Positions 10,458-23,037 of a stretch of 40,570 nucleotides of DNA are shown one piece after another (the stretch's first letter is position 1; every line of letters starts with the position of its first letter). The position numbers and the translations under genes were made by a program. The stretch is from assembly GCA_013115125.1 (NCBI GenBank), contig JABANN010000311.1, positions 1 through 40,570 on the forward strand, written 5' to 3'. This DNA is from Perkinsus olseni (taxonomy: Eukaryota). The notes under the pieces are model-generated. The model made no database searches. It worked only from the letters and a program-made list of their open reading frames with translations, and was not told the origin of the DNA.

Positions 10458-12450
10458 ATGAAGGTAAAATTCCTGCTTTCATTTCGGCCAGTTTGTTTGC
10501 TCCCTTCATGAAGGCCCGAATCAACCTGCGGCGGAAAAGTGTCGGGACGCCTATGGCCGCCACGCAGGCAGCAGCTCCTCTTCTAGGTAGTAATGTCTTT
10601 CACCGTGGGCCTCGGTGATTGGCTGTCAGGCCCCCACGGAGGGTATGATCCAAGCGTTGGGTCCAGGAACCTGCCATTCTCGAGTGACGAGGCTCAGGAG
10701 CAGGTACCGCCAGGCCCAGCACAGGTGACAGGAGGTATCGATTACTTGGCATAGAGATCGTTGCATGTTACTGCGGCTTGGGTATACTTCTTCAAATAAG
10801 TCCGGTTTCAGGGAGCGGCGCGTGGTCAGGCAGAGGACTCAACGCCACCTGTACGGTCCAGTGCCAAACGACGCCGAGAGTCCGTGGTAAGGGGGAGAGC
10901 CCTTGGCAATGATTGATTGCTTGGCATTCTTGGGAAGCTGCTAGCACGTCTGGGACTGTATGTGTTCGCCGTTTTTTGCGGCTTGTCCGAGTAGGAAGCG
11001 CTGCATGAACCTCTTTCACGACTCTCAGCGGTCCCGCGAGTATTCGTTCCCTCAGACTAAGTGCAAGACCCTATTGGGTGGTCCGCCCTCTGCAAAAGCC
11101 GCCAAGCATTTAACGGATACCTCAGCATCTGGCGGCCTCCCCAAGACCGACGGCGACAGCAATGCCCAGCTGTCGGTGTCCCTTGTGAGTGCCCACACCG
11201 ATTGGAGGATGAGATGGACTCTAGCAGGTCTTTGATAATCCTAGTGATGGAGGTAGGCGGCTGTCAGTGGGTCGAGCAGGCGGCGGCGGAGCGACGGGGA
11301 GTCATCGTACGGAGAAACGACCAGGGACGGAGGCTGAGAGGGAGGACAAGGAGATGATGATAATGGATTGGAAAACTAAGTTCACAGTGAGGCTCCGTGG
11401 TCGTGGCTGCCGCCCATCAACTCAAGGGTCAATACACCTGAGCTGGTACAGCGTAAAATGATGGGCGATAGTATTAATACATAGCTTGTGGCGAAAGAAC
11501 TGTATCGTGCAAAAATGAAACCACTATGCCACCAGCAGAAATTCCAGAAATTCCTCTGTTCCACAGCCGGTGGCCATGGAACAGCAGCACTCAGCGAATG
11601 CAGGCTTAATGCTTCAATTGTTTGACCGCCCTTCGTGCGCCTCATTCGCGCTTGTCGCATTTTGTGGGCATTTCTTATAGTCTGCAGTTCACCTCGGAAT
11701 TTTCTAAAGTCTACCTGCTCCTGCTGCCAGCTTCGAACTGCCCCCTACTTCAGCCTGGGGAGATCGTCATAATACCCCGGAGTGAGAACAGACTGCATTA
11801 TGGTACGGTAGTAGCAGTGGACGAGAAGCTCGTCAGTGTGGACCTGGGCAATAATATGATCAAGAGGATGCCCACTCTACTGGTCGGCAAATTGAGTAGT
11901 ACTGGAGACATCCTTCTTGGGGAATTTCGTGGCGCGTGACGTATTCCTCTCAGGCGAACCATCAGCGGCATCGCACTCGTCTGATATAATGTCTAAGGCT
12001 AAGACGGTGATGCATACAGTGGAGGCCATCAGCCATTACCTCTTGACTTCGGCCAAGCTGAAGAAGCCCATTGATGACAATGTCAGGTAGTTGAAAAAGC
12101 GGAATGGAAGCACGCTGGAAGGCTTCGTACGGTCCTGCGGCTCAAGTCACTGATTTGTGTCGGGCGGTTGATGGTTGATCTGGGGAAGGTGTGGTATTCT
12201 GTCAGGAGCCACTGTGTCTTCGTCCTCACGTACCAGGCCCGTCGTCTGTTTGCGTTACTAACCAAGCAGGAGCATCACTACAGCACCAGAGTAAGGCTGG
12301 TGTTCCTCGTTGCTGATGGGCATGTTGTTTTCTTCCCAGGTAGCACATGAGAACCATTCAATCGACGCTCTTATGAAGGTTCGGAAGGATCTAGGTGGCA
12401 TCACTGGGACCATCGATCGGTTCCTCGCTCGAGAACAGCATAGCAGCTAA
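10458..12450 (+). CDS. Hypothetical multi-exon protein with an SH3/KOW/Tudor-like segment
   Basis: Starts MKARINLRRKSV. Exon PGEIVIIPRSENRLHYGTVVAVDEKLVSVDLGNNMIKRMP has an SH3-barrel-like pattern. Last exon ...IDRFLAREQHSS* ends at 12450. May be more than one gene. Confidence 0.5.
11925..11936 (+). promoter_or_regulatory. TTTCGTGGCGCG motif (exact), in 58-nt intron 11896-11953
   Basis: Exact copy, followed by TGA as at 8328 and 10297. Confidence 0.7.
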
Positions 12451-12563
12451 GGCAGCGGAGGCTAGCAGATGCCTCTCACGGTTTCATTTCTACTACTGTA
12501 TCAAATGAGTTTCAAATTAGTGTGACCGAAGAGGCTGTTGGGTTGAAGTTCTGCAATAACGTA

Positions 12564-13293
12564 ATGGTGCAACAGGGTGCTATGGCGGAACGAGGCACGT
12601 CAGTCGTCATCCATCTGTAGGTAGTTGTAGATCGTGGTTGTCCCTCCTCGCTAGGAGGGCACTTGTTCCGTCAGTTACGACCTAACCTCGCCCTCGGTGA
12701 ACACGGTATTATCAGACGTAGTGGGCGTTGGTGGAGCCTTCCATGCAGCAGTGGAAGTAGTGTTGTCATCCATCGCCCGCATGCTCGGAGCTCTCGCTGC
12801 TGGAGGTCTATGGGGTGGAGTGGAGCTACGGATACTGTCAGTATGGCTGTGGTATCTTTGCTGTTCCGCCGACCTCAAGTGAGGTAAGTTGTGATAAGCA
12901 TCACCGTCATGATGATGATGACGGTAGGTTCTATAGGCTCCTACAGGGAGCGTCTAGTTGCTGGCCGGTCTCAGTTGGGCGTGACTGAGGTTATACACAT
13001 ACTCGAAGGATTGAAGAAGGAATGGCTTGGGAGCTCCTATGATATACTCAATAGAAATTGCACTCACTTCTGTGACGTCTTCTTAAGGAAGCTGCTGCCC
13101 GACGCAGGTGATAGGAGCTTTGGAGACGATGGGTGGGTGGTTGGAGCGTGTAGGTTGTCTGCTACCACCTAAGGTTGTGAGACTGGCTAGCTTGGCTGAC
13201 GAGTGGATCAGAGGTGGGAGGAGGTTCGACCGCGATGGGCTTCCCATTACTCTGGTCTTGCTCTTCATAGCCGTAGACATTGACTCGAACTGA
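12564..13293 (+). CDS. PPPDE / DeSI family deSUMOylating-deubiquitinating isopeptidase (peptidase C97)
   Basis: Spliced: VVIHLYDL...GGAFHAAVEV|YGVEWSYG...GIFAVPP...EWLGSSYDILNRNCTHFCDVFLRKL...LPPKVVRLA. The His and Cys catalytic motifs are intact. The 3' end may extend further through an acceptor at ~13299. Confidence 0.88.
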
Positions 13294-13298
13294 TGTAG

Positions 13299-14862
13299 GT
13301 CTGATTGACACCGGTGCCCCTCCGGAGCGTGTCACCATATCCACTGTGGACGAGGAAGCTCTTATGATACGCGAATGGAGGCAAATGTGGTATGCAGCCG
13401 TCCAGAGGATGTAACATTGGAACTCAGCTGGTCCGGACTGACTGCCGATCACCTCCTACGTGCTCTCCGCTTCGCGAATGACCTTCTCTGAACGCACTGA
13501 CAGTTCCCTTCACGCCAGTCTGGCATTTTAGGACGAACGTGGCATGGTGCTCGGATCACCGCTCGACTGCCTCTGGTGTTATCCATTCCTTGAGGGAGTT
13601 TCAGGACGAGGAACATCAATTCGACAGGGACTGCAGACCAATTTATGAACTGTAGGATGTTCGGTTTGAGGTCTGCGAATCGGTGCCGGTAGTTCCTTGG
13701 AAATGATTTGAAGACTTTGCTTGCTTATTCGGACGTGATCTACGGATAAAAGTTAGGTGGAAATATTGAATCTCTCACGGCCGAGAGAGCCCTTCCCGGG
13801 CGCTTGAGTCAGTATGATTCAGCGAAAGGTCTGTTCTCCCCCCTCCGGTTGGCACTCCTCACTTTGAAACTATCGTGAGGATATAGGGCGGAAGCTGTAC
13901 ATAAGTCCAGTTCGGGTACCAACCTCGACGATGTATCTTCTCAGGAACGCAAGTGTTGTTCGGTTGGCCGCTGCGCAATTCGCCCTCATTGATCGTCTGG
14001 CTCGCCCGCAGGATTCCTGATGATTCTTCTTGTGCGCATCATGTGACCCCGTCTGCTAGCTTCCCATGTAACAATGGAATCGCGTTGGGACGCTCAGGAC
14101 GCTTCATGGTTAGAAGTACTTGCGCATGTGATAGCCCCACGATGGTTGTCGGTGGAAGCTTTATGAAACCGCCAGTACGGTATCCAGAGGTCCAGGAGGA
14201 CGCGAGGTCCCCTAAAGATGCTGGCCTCATCTCGGTAGGCCCGTGAGTTGCTGTTGTTATGGTACTTGTTAACCTCAGCGAGCAGACCTTCGTCAAATTA
14301 GAGGAACATGGCGTACGCTAGATCAGACATGCTTGTTCGTAATAACGGTTGGGGTGCTTCAGTTGGGCCGCTTCCCATCGATCTCTTCAGTACTCCGCCG
14401 ATCGTCCGAGTAACGCGGGGCTCTATTCCTTCCACCAAGCGTTGAATCGCAGTATACGGTGAGTCCTGAGTGCAGCGGGCCATCCCTCCGTCAGCTCTGT
14501 CTTCAGTCGTTGCAACGAGATTCTGGACGCTTTCGTACCGGAAAAACCGATACACGAGTGCCATACCAGCATCATGGAGGTAGTCGTCGCATGGCTGCTG
14601 TTGCCGAGTAACATAGCCACTCCTCGGCAGGCCTTCAAACGCTGTGAGGACGAAGCCAATCTCTCCTACCCCGAACGAGACGTGCGTGTTAAGAATGTAG
14701 AACCACCGCCACAGCTGACGTCCTTCATGTAAGCTCATTCAGCTTACCCAATTCCGACCAGCATTCACTTCCCGTGCAATGGAGCAGCGTATCCGTGAGA
14801 AGATCGAGCAAGAGCGTATTGATGCCGCCGAGGAGGATAAGTTCCTGCCCATCACCACATGA
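13299..14862 (+). CDS. Chain of very short exons; C-terminal extension of the PPPDE gene or a separate hypothetical gene
   Basis: Repeated AG|short exon|GT units on the + strand (e.g. RCNEILDAFVPEKPIHECHTSIME), ending ...EQRIREKIEQERIDAAEEDKFLPITT* at 14862. Confidence 0.35.
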
Positions 14863-15023
14863 TGACCATTCCAACAACACTTGTACAGAAGGACTGAGTG
14901 AACCTCTTCTTGTCTGCTTCGATCGTCAGTTGCGCTCGAGGAAATCTTGCTAACATGACACGCTCCGCTCCGCTGTAGTCATTTCTCGCTCGCCCGCGGT
15001 TTTGGCGTCTCGTCTCCTTGCGG

Positions 15024-18000
15024 ATGGCCCCTTCAACTTCTTCATCATCATCGCCTTCGAGCTCCCCTCATCCGTCCATTGCCGTTGATGCATCCTGTAG
15101 GAGGAGTGTCGCCCATGACGTCGAGGCCGAGCTTCGTATCATATGCCTAGAGTCACGGAAGAAGTACAGCCAGATAAAGGAACACTCTGAACGAGTGATC
15201 GCCAAGTTGATCGCAAGTGATGGTGATGTTCCTGTAGAAGAAGTCCTTGCGGTCATCATTGTGGCTTCGGAAACTCACAACCCTAGGCTGCTCCTGCCGT
15301 GTCTGGGTTGCATTCAAAGGCTCATCATGGGCCAGCTCGTTAACACCCCCAAAAGGCTCACTACCGTGGTCACCTACCTGCACGACCGAGCGAACGACAC
15401 AGATCCAACGGTTCAAGTGAAAGCGTTGCAGACCATCCTATTGCTGCTCACGCCCCCCTTCGCTCCGCTGCTGACGAACTCAGAGCTTCTGATGAGGCAG
15501 TTATTGTCTGCGTGCGTCATCCTACTCAATAGCGAATCGAGCCTAGTCCGGCACACTGCCGTGGCGTGTCTTCGTCAAGTTGCTGATTTCTTGCTTGATG
15601 GTGCCGATAAGGCCTATCACAGTTTGTCTGAGAAAGACCTCGAGAACTTGGGGTCGAGTGGTCGCAACGGTGGTCGTAGTAAAGGCCAGAGTGCCTCATT
15701 GATGGTCGAGGCGATGCCAGTACCTGATAGACTTCCTAGTGGTAATATTCCTTTCCCCTCCTCACACAGCACACTGCACAACTCCCAGGCGAGTAGGGAA
15801 ACATTTGGTATCTGTCATCAGGTCCACTTCGACTACTATTCCTCTTCGTCCATGACTTGTGCCTGATTTCCTTGGGGAGAGCCTCCCGGTGCAAATGGCT
15901 GGGTGAACTTGCCATATCGAGAACGCTGGCGTTGGAGCTCATAGAAAGTACGGGGGCCGGCACACGCGTATCGAGTTACTAGTCCGCGAAGAGCACTCGC
16001 AAATGACACAGTTCCGCTGGCTAAGCAGACGAGCTAGTTTCGTTCCCAAGGTGCAGTGGCCGTTGAAGCGGACGTTTTCGCATCCCTACCCGACTTCACG
16101 GAACTCGCCCGAGAAGTCGTCGTCCCCACGGTGGAAAGCACTATAGCTGTTTGTCAGTATGATTTCAAAGTAAGGCTGTTCCCTGTCACACGATGACCGC
16201 GCGCCACGAAAATATGCCTCCCGACAGGTCCTTATTCGTGCACTAAGAATCGTCTATCGACTATGTTCGTACCCTCCCCTCTGCTTGAAACTAGCACGCG
16301 AGATCTGTGGCGATTCCTCGGCCCCTGGGGAGCAGTCCCTGCACGGACCATCCCGCGGCCTCGTACCCTTGATGCTGCGCCAACTACTGCTGCGCCATGA
16401 TCGCCCCCTCTGGGCCCGATCGGCGGTCCTCGAGACCTTCAAGAAGATACTGCAGTCGGACGACTCTTCTAGCGGCTTCCTCAATACCCTCTTCTTGGGG
16501 TCGTCTTCATCGTCCAGCGCGTTGTCTAGCTCGCCACTGGATGACACCGTGGCTGCTAGCGATGACGGTAGCAGCAGCAGCAGTCCAGCAGCCTCGACGG
16601 GGCGGGACGTTCACATCGATCCCAAGTCCAACCGTTTCGTTGAGCTTGTGAACAGCCTCAGTCATGTTCTGCATCACCTCTGGTTTGCATCGGTACCAAC
16701 TCAACCCGACACCTCCGATGGCAGTATGAGAATGTTCGGCCTGTATGATGCGGATCCGTCCCAAGCCGCCACCGGGAGCGACCTCCTCGCTCTGGGTGTC
16801 GCCCACGTTTTCGCCGGGGAGGGCGGAGTGTCTCTTCTAGACTGCCTGGCTGACTCAGAGCCTCCTACCTCCGTCAACCCATCCTTTGGAGCGGCACTAG
16901 CAGCCGAAACTATACTCCTCCTAGTGGAGCACATCAAATCCTGCGACATGTTGGCGTGTTCGTGGGCCCCTCTCCTGTCCTCACTCAGTCTACTGCTCAG
17001 CGTACGCCTCCCTCAAAGCCACTCAGAGGGAGGCGGCGAGACTGTAAGGCACGCCGACGACGAAGAGGCTTTTGACGTCTTCCTCCAGAGCGTTCTCAAC
17101 GCCCTAGAACGCCTGCTACTGGGATGTGCGAAGTTCCCTCAGCTGAGTAGCGGCAGGGACAGCTGCCTCGAGGCCCTAGCCAAAGAGTCTCTCCCTCGCA
17201 AGGGGGCGCAGGAGCTAGACTCCCATACGGCCACCTGTGCCAAGGGCTTGCTCAACATCTGCCACAGAAGTGGCGAGCGTCTATCGGTCCCGGGCTGGAC
17301 CCTGGCCTTGAGGACCTTCGAGACTCTCTACCTGCGCTTCATCAACGCACAGCAACAACAGTCCGGCGCGACGATCTCCGACAGCGGTCTCGAGTGCCAA
17401 GTGCTGGCAGTCTCTATGGACTCCCTCTTCTCCACCCCACCGGACGCTGATGGCTCCTTCGTTGACATGGTGGATGCCCTGGTTCACCGAGACACGTGTT
17501 GGGCCCTTGAGAGGTTGGCGATGGCATTAGCGTCAGCTGACTCGAGGCGGCTCGACTTAGTTCTCGACACCATCGTATCGCCGGCCCTTAGGACGTCTCG
17601 TCATCCGGAGGAAGCCGCGATCTGCGCCGGCAAGGTCCTCATGGGCCACATAAACCGTCAAGGCTGCTGCCCTAGGAGCCTCATAGCACCTCTCAAGTCC
17701 TTCACAACCTCTGCTCCCGAGACGGTGGTGTCGATCCTCAAGGACCTCATGGTACGCTCACCTGTAGCTACGGAACTGGACGCGGCGGGTTGGGTCTCTC
17801 TGAGTGAGCTCATCCGTGATCTTTGTGATGTGCCAACAGCTGTTGGTGCTTCTCGAGCCTCTTCCACCGGCAAACGTTCCAGCCAACTGATGACCAATCA
17901 ACTGCACTCGTCAGTCTACTCCACGCTGGAAGCTCTCGTCATGGACTGCATCGACGTTCTCCCTAACGCCAGCGTAGCTCTTATCATCGATGGTCTCCAA

Positions 18001-20454
18001 CGGCTAAGTACTAACAGTGTCATCAACACCTCGCTGAAGGCTTTGGCTTTGCTCTGGAACGTCTCCGATGCTCTCCTGAGGCGCATGTCCGGCCAGGACG
18101 GGGGCGTCTCTGACCACAGTCGACGACACTACAGCGTTGGCAGCACCACTACTGATGGGACCCCAGCTGCTCCTGCCGTTCAGCCTGCCACCTTCGATCC
18201 GCAGGAGAGTGGCCGCCTGTGGTTCGACCTCCTCACCAAGTTCCAGAGTGTGTCGCTGGATCCCAGGCCGTCAGTGAGACACTGCGCCATCAGGACTATG
18301 GTGTCGATGCTCACTGCCGCCTGTGGATGCCCAGGGGTTGACGCTCCCTCTGCTGTTGGACTGATATGCGACACCCTGTCTGAGGTGGTGCAGGCCAGCA
18401 CGGCGCCCTCTACCGTCGATGTTCGCCCTGAGGACAGCTCTGGCCGGGGGTCTTATGAGGGCTTGATCGTCCATCACTCGAGAGACTCGGTTCAGAAGCA
18501 GTGGAACGAGACTTGTGTCCTCGTCTTGGAAGGCTCGGTCTCCGTCATCAGCAAGTACCATTCTTGCATGACGCCCCAGGAGCTGGACAATCCGACCGCT
18601 GAGATATTGACTTTCATCCGCTCTCACCTGGACGGCCAGGACGGCGAGGTCCACGATGCCTGTGCAAACGCCTTGGTGGAGCTCCTTCGCTTGGGTGCTG
18701 ACGAGAAGGATGGAAAATTGTGGTCTAACGGATGGCAACTGGTCGCCTACGTTGCGGACACGTTGGTCGAGGAACCGGTCCTATCGGAGGAGACCGGCGT
18801 TTCGCTTCCCCTCAGTCTGGCGGAACTCGTAAAGGATCCGCAGTGTCTTGCAGCATTCCGGTCGGATGACGTGATCGTCCTCGCTCTACTCGTCATGGCT
18901 ACTATTACCCGCCCCTCTACTTACCTCCAGTCAGCACTGCCGTTCAAAGACTTCTGGGTCCCTACGACGCTATCGGACACCAACCAGCAGCGAGGCAGGA
19001 GCATCAGTGTCGGCGACGGTGTCAGTGCTGGCTTGCATGAGGTGGCCTCTCGAGGGCGTTGTGCTCAACTACTCTGGGGTAAGGCTGAATCATCGCCCTC
19101 TCAGGACGCTCGGTATCGACGCCTACCCGAAACCGTGAAGAGCCCTGTCGTCGAGGCTAGGCTAGACGGTGATTGTTCGGATGAGTGCCACCAGCCAACG
19201 GCGACAGAGGCTATCGTGTTCTCGAGAACCACTCAACGGTTGCCACACAAATTCATGGAGCTGTGGTCGGTGCTCGACCTCCTGCTGGCCACCAGCGACC
19301 TCCCTGAGGCCTCTCTAGAAGTACTGGTCCAACTTCTCTGCAATGGCTTCTTGGACGTCAACTTCTGCCTTCGGGACTCCCTGACGGCGGCTCTCGCGGT
19401 ACGGGCCGGCAGCACTTGCGAACTTATTGCTACAAAACTGGCCCCTTCCAGCAAGGTGAAGTCCGCGGTGCTGATGTTTGTGACGTCCGCGGCTCTTGAT
19501 CTTATGAGGACCTACTACGCTGGAGGGACTGGTGGTGGGCAGTCTTGGAAGGCCAGTGGTCTCTGGGAACTTGCCGCCGAGATGCTCTCTACGGTTCTGG
19601 ACCAACTCAACACTCTCGGTGGCATCACTGACGACGAGCGGTCCTTCTGGAGCGATGGCGTGGAGGAGGTATGCAAGTACCTGCCCTCAGTACTGCAGAT
19701 CCACTACCGCTACTGCCAGCCTCCTCGAGGGGTATCTACTCCTGCCGACGGCAAGAAGGAGGACAACAACAACAACAACAACAACAAGCCCGACTGGGCC
19801 ACCGTCTCTGCCGTAGCCGTCCTCATTGCGCTCTGCCGGTCTAACTTTGCCAACCCCACTACGGTCGTTGGGCTCACGAGTAAACTGTGCGACGCGAGAA
19901 CGCGGAGTAGCGGCGACCTCGGCCGGTGTGCCCTCAGGGTCCTATTTGCAGTAGCAATACCACACGGCATGTTATGGTCACCGGAGGACGCCAGGGCCAG
20001 GTCTATCATGATCGCTGACCGGTGGGTTGGCCACCGGTACTCCGGTGATGGACGATCGGCCGCCGCCTCCTCCGCCAGCCCAGCTAGCGCTGATGGAGAG
20101 GTCCGTGACGCTGGCAAGGACATCGGCCCTCCACTGCGCAGGCTGGCTACCTCTGAGTTATGCAGGCGAGTCTGTTGCACTTTGTCGCAGTACGCCGAGG
20201 ATGAGGCAAGCACCCCTGACAAGCCCATGGTTCGGCCCCGAACCGACCAAGTGCTCTTCCTTCTGAATCGACTCTGTGACGCTGCCGATGAACAGCTGCT
20301 CTTAGCGACTCTACCGGCCTTGTCAAAGCTGGTTGCCAATACCCGAGAGGAGGAGGAGGTCCGTCGTGCAGCCTCCCAAGTGATGCTCTCTCTGGCTGAT
20401 GTGCTTGGGAGTAAGGCAGCCTATAATAGGCTTGTTGGTGCTGACTTTGTGTAA
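15024..20454 (+). CDS. MON2: Protein MON2 homolog (Arf-GEF-like Golgi/endosome trafficking scaffold without Sec7 catalytic domain)
   Basis: DCB-like N-terminus (ESRKKYSQIKE, CLGCIQRLI, VQVKALQTILLLL, VRHTAVACLRQV), SRTLALELIE, NTSLKALALLWNVSD, DPRPSVRHCAIRT and HHSRDSVQKQWNETCVLVLEG are all characteristic of Mon2. Confidence 0.88.
16200..16211 (-). promoter_or_regulatory. TTTCGTGGCGCG motif (exact), antisense within MON2 intron 16170-16227
   Basis: Exact copy in the opposite orientation to the host transcript. Confidence 0.7.
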
Positions 20455-20555
20455 GTTTTTATACTATGGTTTCAATACCCTTTTGAGTGTCTTGTTTCCG
20501 ACCCATCTCCAGCACACTCCTCGCACGTTAACTCAGCGTTGATACTCCAACCGCA

Positions 20556-23037
20556 ATGTCTCATCCTGGGAACCCGAGCGCAGGGGACGGCGGCGGTGGT
20601 AGTGGCTGCCCTCCTCATGCCACAGCCGCGCCGACTATCGAAAACTACATGCGTGGTTCCGACTGGCGAGGCAAATGGCGCAAAGCGGCGACGCCGGTCC
20701 ACATCGAACCGAGGAAACCCTTCGCCTCTCATAGCCAGCACGGTGGGATTGCCGCGGAGAGGCCCAACTCTGGAGGCCCTGTTATCATCGACTGGCGCAA
20801 GTCCGCAGCACCTGGCACAACGCCACCGAAGAGACCTAGGCCATGGTCCGGAGAGCCGCAGTGGCACAGTAATCATGCTAAGGGTCATCATGTCAAAGGC
20901 CATCACCACCAGGGCCCGTGGGAGGGGGACTGGCATCAGCAGCAGCAGCAGCAACAGCAGCGGGACCCCGGTTGGAATGAGGGTGGTGAACCGTGGCAGG
21001 GTGACCGTAACTGGGAGGGAGGTCGCTGGTGGAACTGGAAAGCCAATCCCGCAGGACCGGGCGGTACTTGGCATGAGGACTCCGGCAGTAAGGAACAGCA
21101 ATGGTCTGCCAACGACGGTTGGAACCAGCAGGATCAGTACCACAGAGGCAGTCAGGGCAGCTGGGGTGGTGAGGGACCGTGGGAAGAGGGCAAGTGGCAG
21201 GCTGCTGATCAACAGCAACAACAACCGGTGGAGCAGCAGGGCGGCGCACCGCCATTGGGTGGAGATGTGAAGACACAACATGATGCCTCGCAAGAGCAGG
21301 GCTCGGAAGAACCGTCCACGAAGAAGGCTCGCGGTGCCTCCAAGAGCCCCGATGGCCAACCCGGCAGCACCATCTTCGTCAACGCTCTTCGGAAGCTCTT
21401 CCAGGCTAAGAACGCTGCCGCTGCAAAAGCTCCGGCCAAGACCGCTACAAACACCGACAACAACAACCCAGCCCTCTGGGAGGAGGGCAAAGCACCGGAG
21501 AAGCCTCTAGGCGGTGGTGCTCTAACGGCCTTGCTATCCAAGCAGGCCACACTGTCTGCAGCCAAGGCACCGTCTCCCGTCCCCTCGCCAGGTAGGGTTT
21601 GAATGGCCCTTCCCGATGTTATCACTTTTTCTTTAGGGTCGCCGTCGAATGGCCAGAGTGACACTGAACTACGTAAGAATGTTCTCACGAGACTGCTCGC
21701 GAGTGAAAACGCGGGGGACTTGCTCCAGGACCCGAAAGGTACCTCCTCCAGGCGACCACTCCGCGCTGCTACGTTTGTTCGTTCAGTTGTCGAAATGCTC
21801 CTTCAAGTGGCATCACAGCTCGATGAGAGCGGTCTGTCTGATTTACAGAAGTCGGTGGTGAAGATAATAACGAAGCTCCAATCGTCATCTTCCCCGACTG
21901 CTGCTGCTACTACTTTGCCGCCGGATCAGTTGGCTAAACGCGGTGCTTGTGTTGAGCGTCTCAAAGCAATTCTTGAAGGGTTGCGGGGACTGTTCCTCGA
22001 ACGTCAAGAGAAGCGTATCAGCCAAGCGAGTAAAACCGCGGCCGCCACCGCGAAGCTGTCATCATCTACGCCCAGCCACAGTCATCTGGCGAGTCTGCTT
22101 TCGGGGGTTTCGGCTCAGAACCAACCGATATACGATCACAAGGTGTGGACTGGTCACGTTCAACGATCTGGGGTGAACAAGGCAAAGGTCAACCTCTACG
22201 CAACTCTGCCAGTGAACTCCCTAACTACGGCTTTGGTTGCACAACTCGGGAACGAGCTCAACTTGAAACTACGAGTCCCCGACACTGAGGTACGGCCACG
22301 GACACAGGAAGGCTCAACTTGTCATCGTTCGAACGTGCCGAGATTGTAAAACTTCGCTTTTGTCTGTAAAGTTGGTTTGAGTGCTATCCTCGTGGGTTGC
22401 TTTTACTGGGGTATCTTTGAAACGTGAGTCCACGGCGATTGCTGTTTCCGAGCGAACCCAAAGAATGACTGACTGGAATCCTGTTCCTTCTGGTTAGCCA
22501 ACTTACACCTGCCATTCATTGTGAGTAGGTATTGCACCAACGGCAGAATCACGCGGAAAGCTCAGCTCTGGTACTCATGAAGGCCGACTCCGCTGCTGGT
22601 AGGCATCATCATCACTCGCTGCTCCACTCGCAACTCGGCCAAATGACGTTTATAAAGGAAACCCGATTTCTCTGTCAGATCAAGCAGAGTTGAACGCTCA
22701 AATCGCTTACTTCAATGGGAGGAGCCGATCGGGCGTAGCCAAGTTCGAACGTGACGGCGAACACTACGCTGTATTCATGATACCACCCGGTCAACTCGCC
22801 GAGAAGTAGCAAACACCTCATATCACAGGTGGTCATCATCGATGTGCATTCAGGTTGATTGGCTCTGACAACTACAAGAGGTGCAATCCTGACGATATGG
22901 CGACGGTATGCATGATAACGAAGTCTGATACCAGCACCGCTACCCATTGAGATTATCATCATCCATCACCAATTGACCATTGAAGCATTCCTATACAATT
23001 GCTCTTAATAATCTACACCATCCCACTCAGCGACTAG
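20556..23037 (+). CDS. SPOC-domain protein with a long Trp/Gly/Gln-rich disordered N-terminus
   Basis: ORFs 20556..21602 and 21603..22349 join through a short intron. VWTGHVQRSG...VNLYA...LGNELNLKLRV plus downstream exons LVLMKADSAA|DQAELNAQIAYFNGRSRSGVAKFERDGEHYAVFMIPPG follow the SPOC pattern (W.G..., Y...[KR].GV...PP). Last exon approximate. Confidence 0.7.

Noticed and set aside
14298-14738. 146-aa minus-strand ORF
   Set aside because: Splice signals in this interval are consistently on the + strand and the peptide has no recognisable motif. Not fully excluded.
497-16211. Recurring 12-20 bp repeat interpreted as a CRISPR array or introner element
   Set aside because: Copies are kilobases apart with no regular spacers or cas genes, and host introns share little beyond the motif.
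19764-19786. (CAA)n run and other triplet runs (879-898, 7286-7318, 20937-20961, 32898-32914)
   Set aside because: Ordinary coding homopolymers (poly-N, S, Q, T); not arrays or mobile elements.
20472-21359. 295-aa antisense ORF and 243-aa alternate-frame ORF over the Trp/Gln-rich exon
   Set aside because: Shadow frames of GC-rich low-complexity coding sequence; non-ATG or implausible starts and no recognisable motifs.
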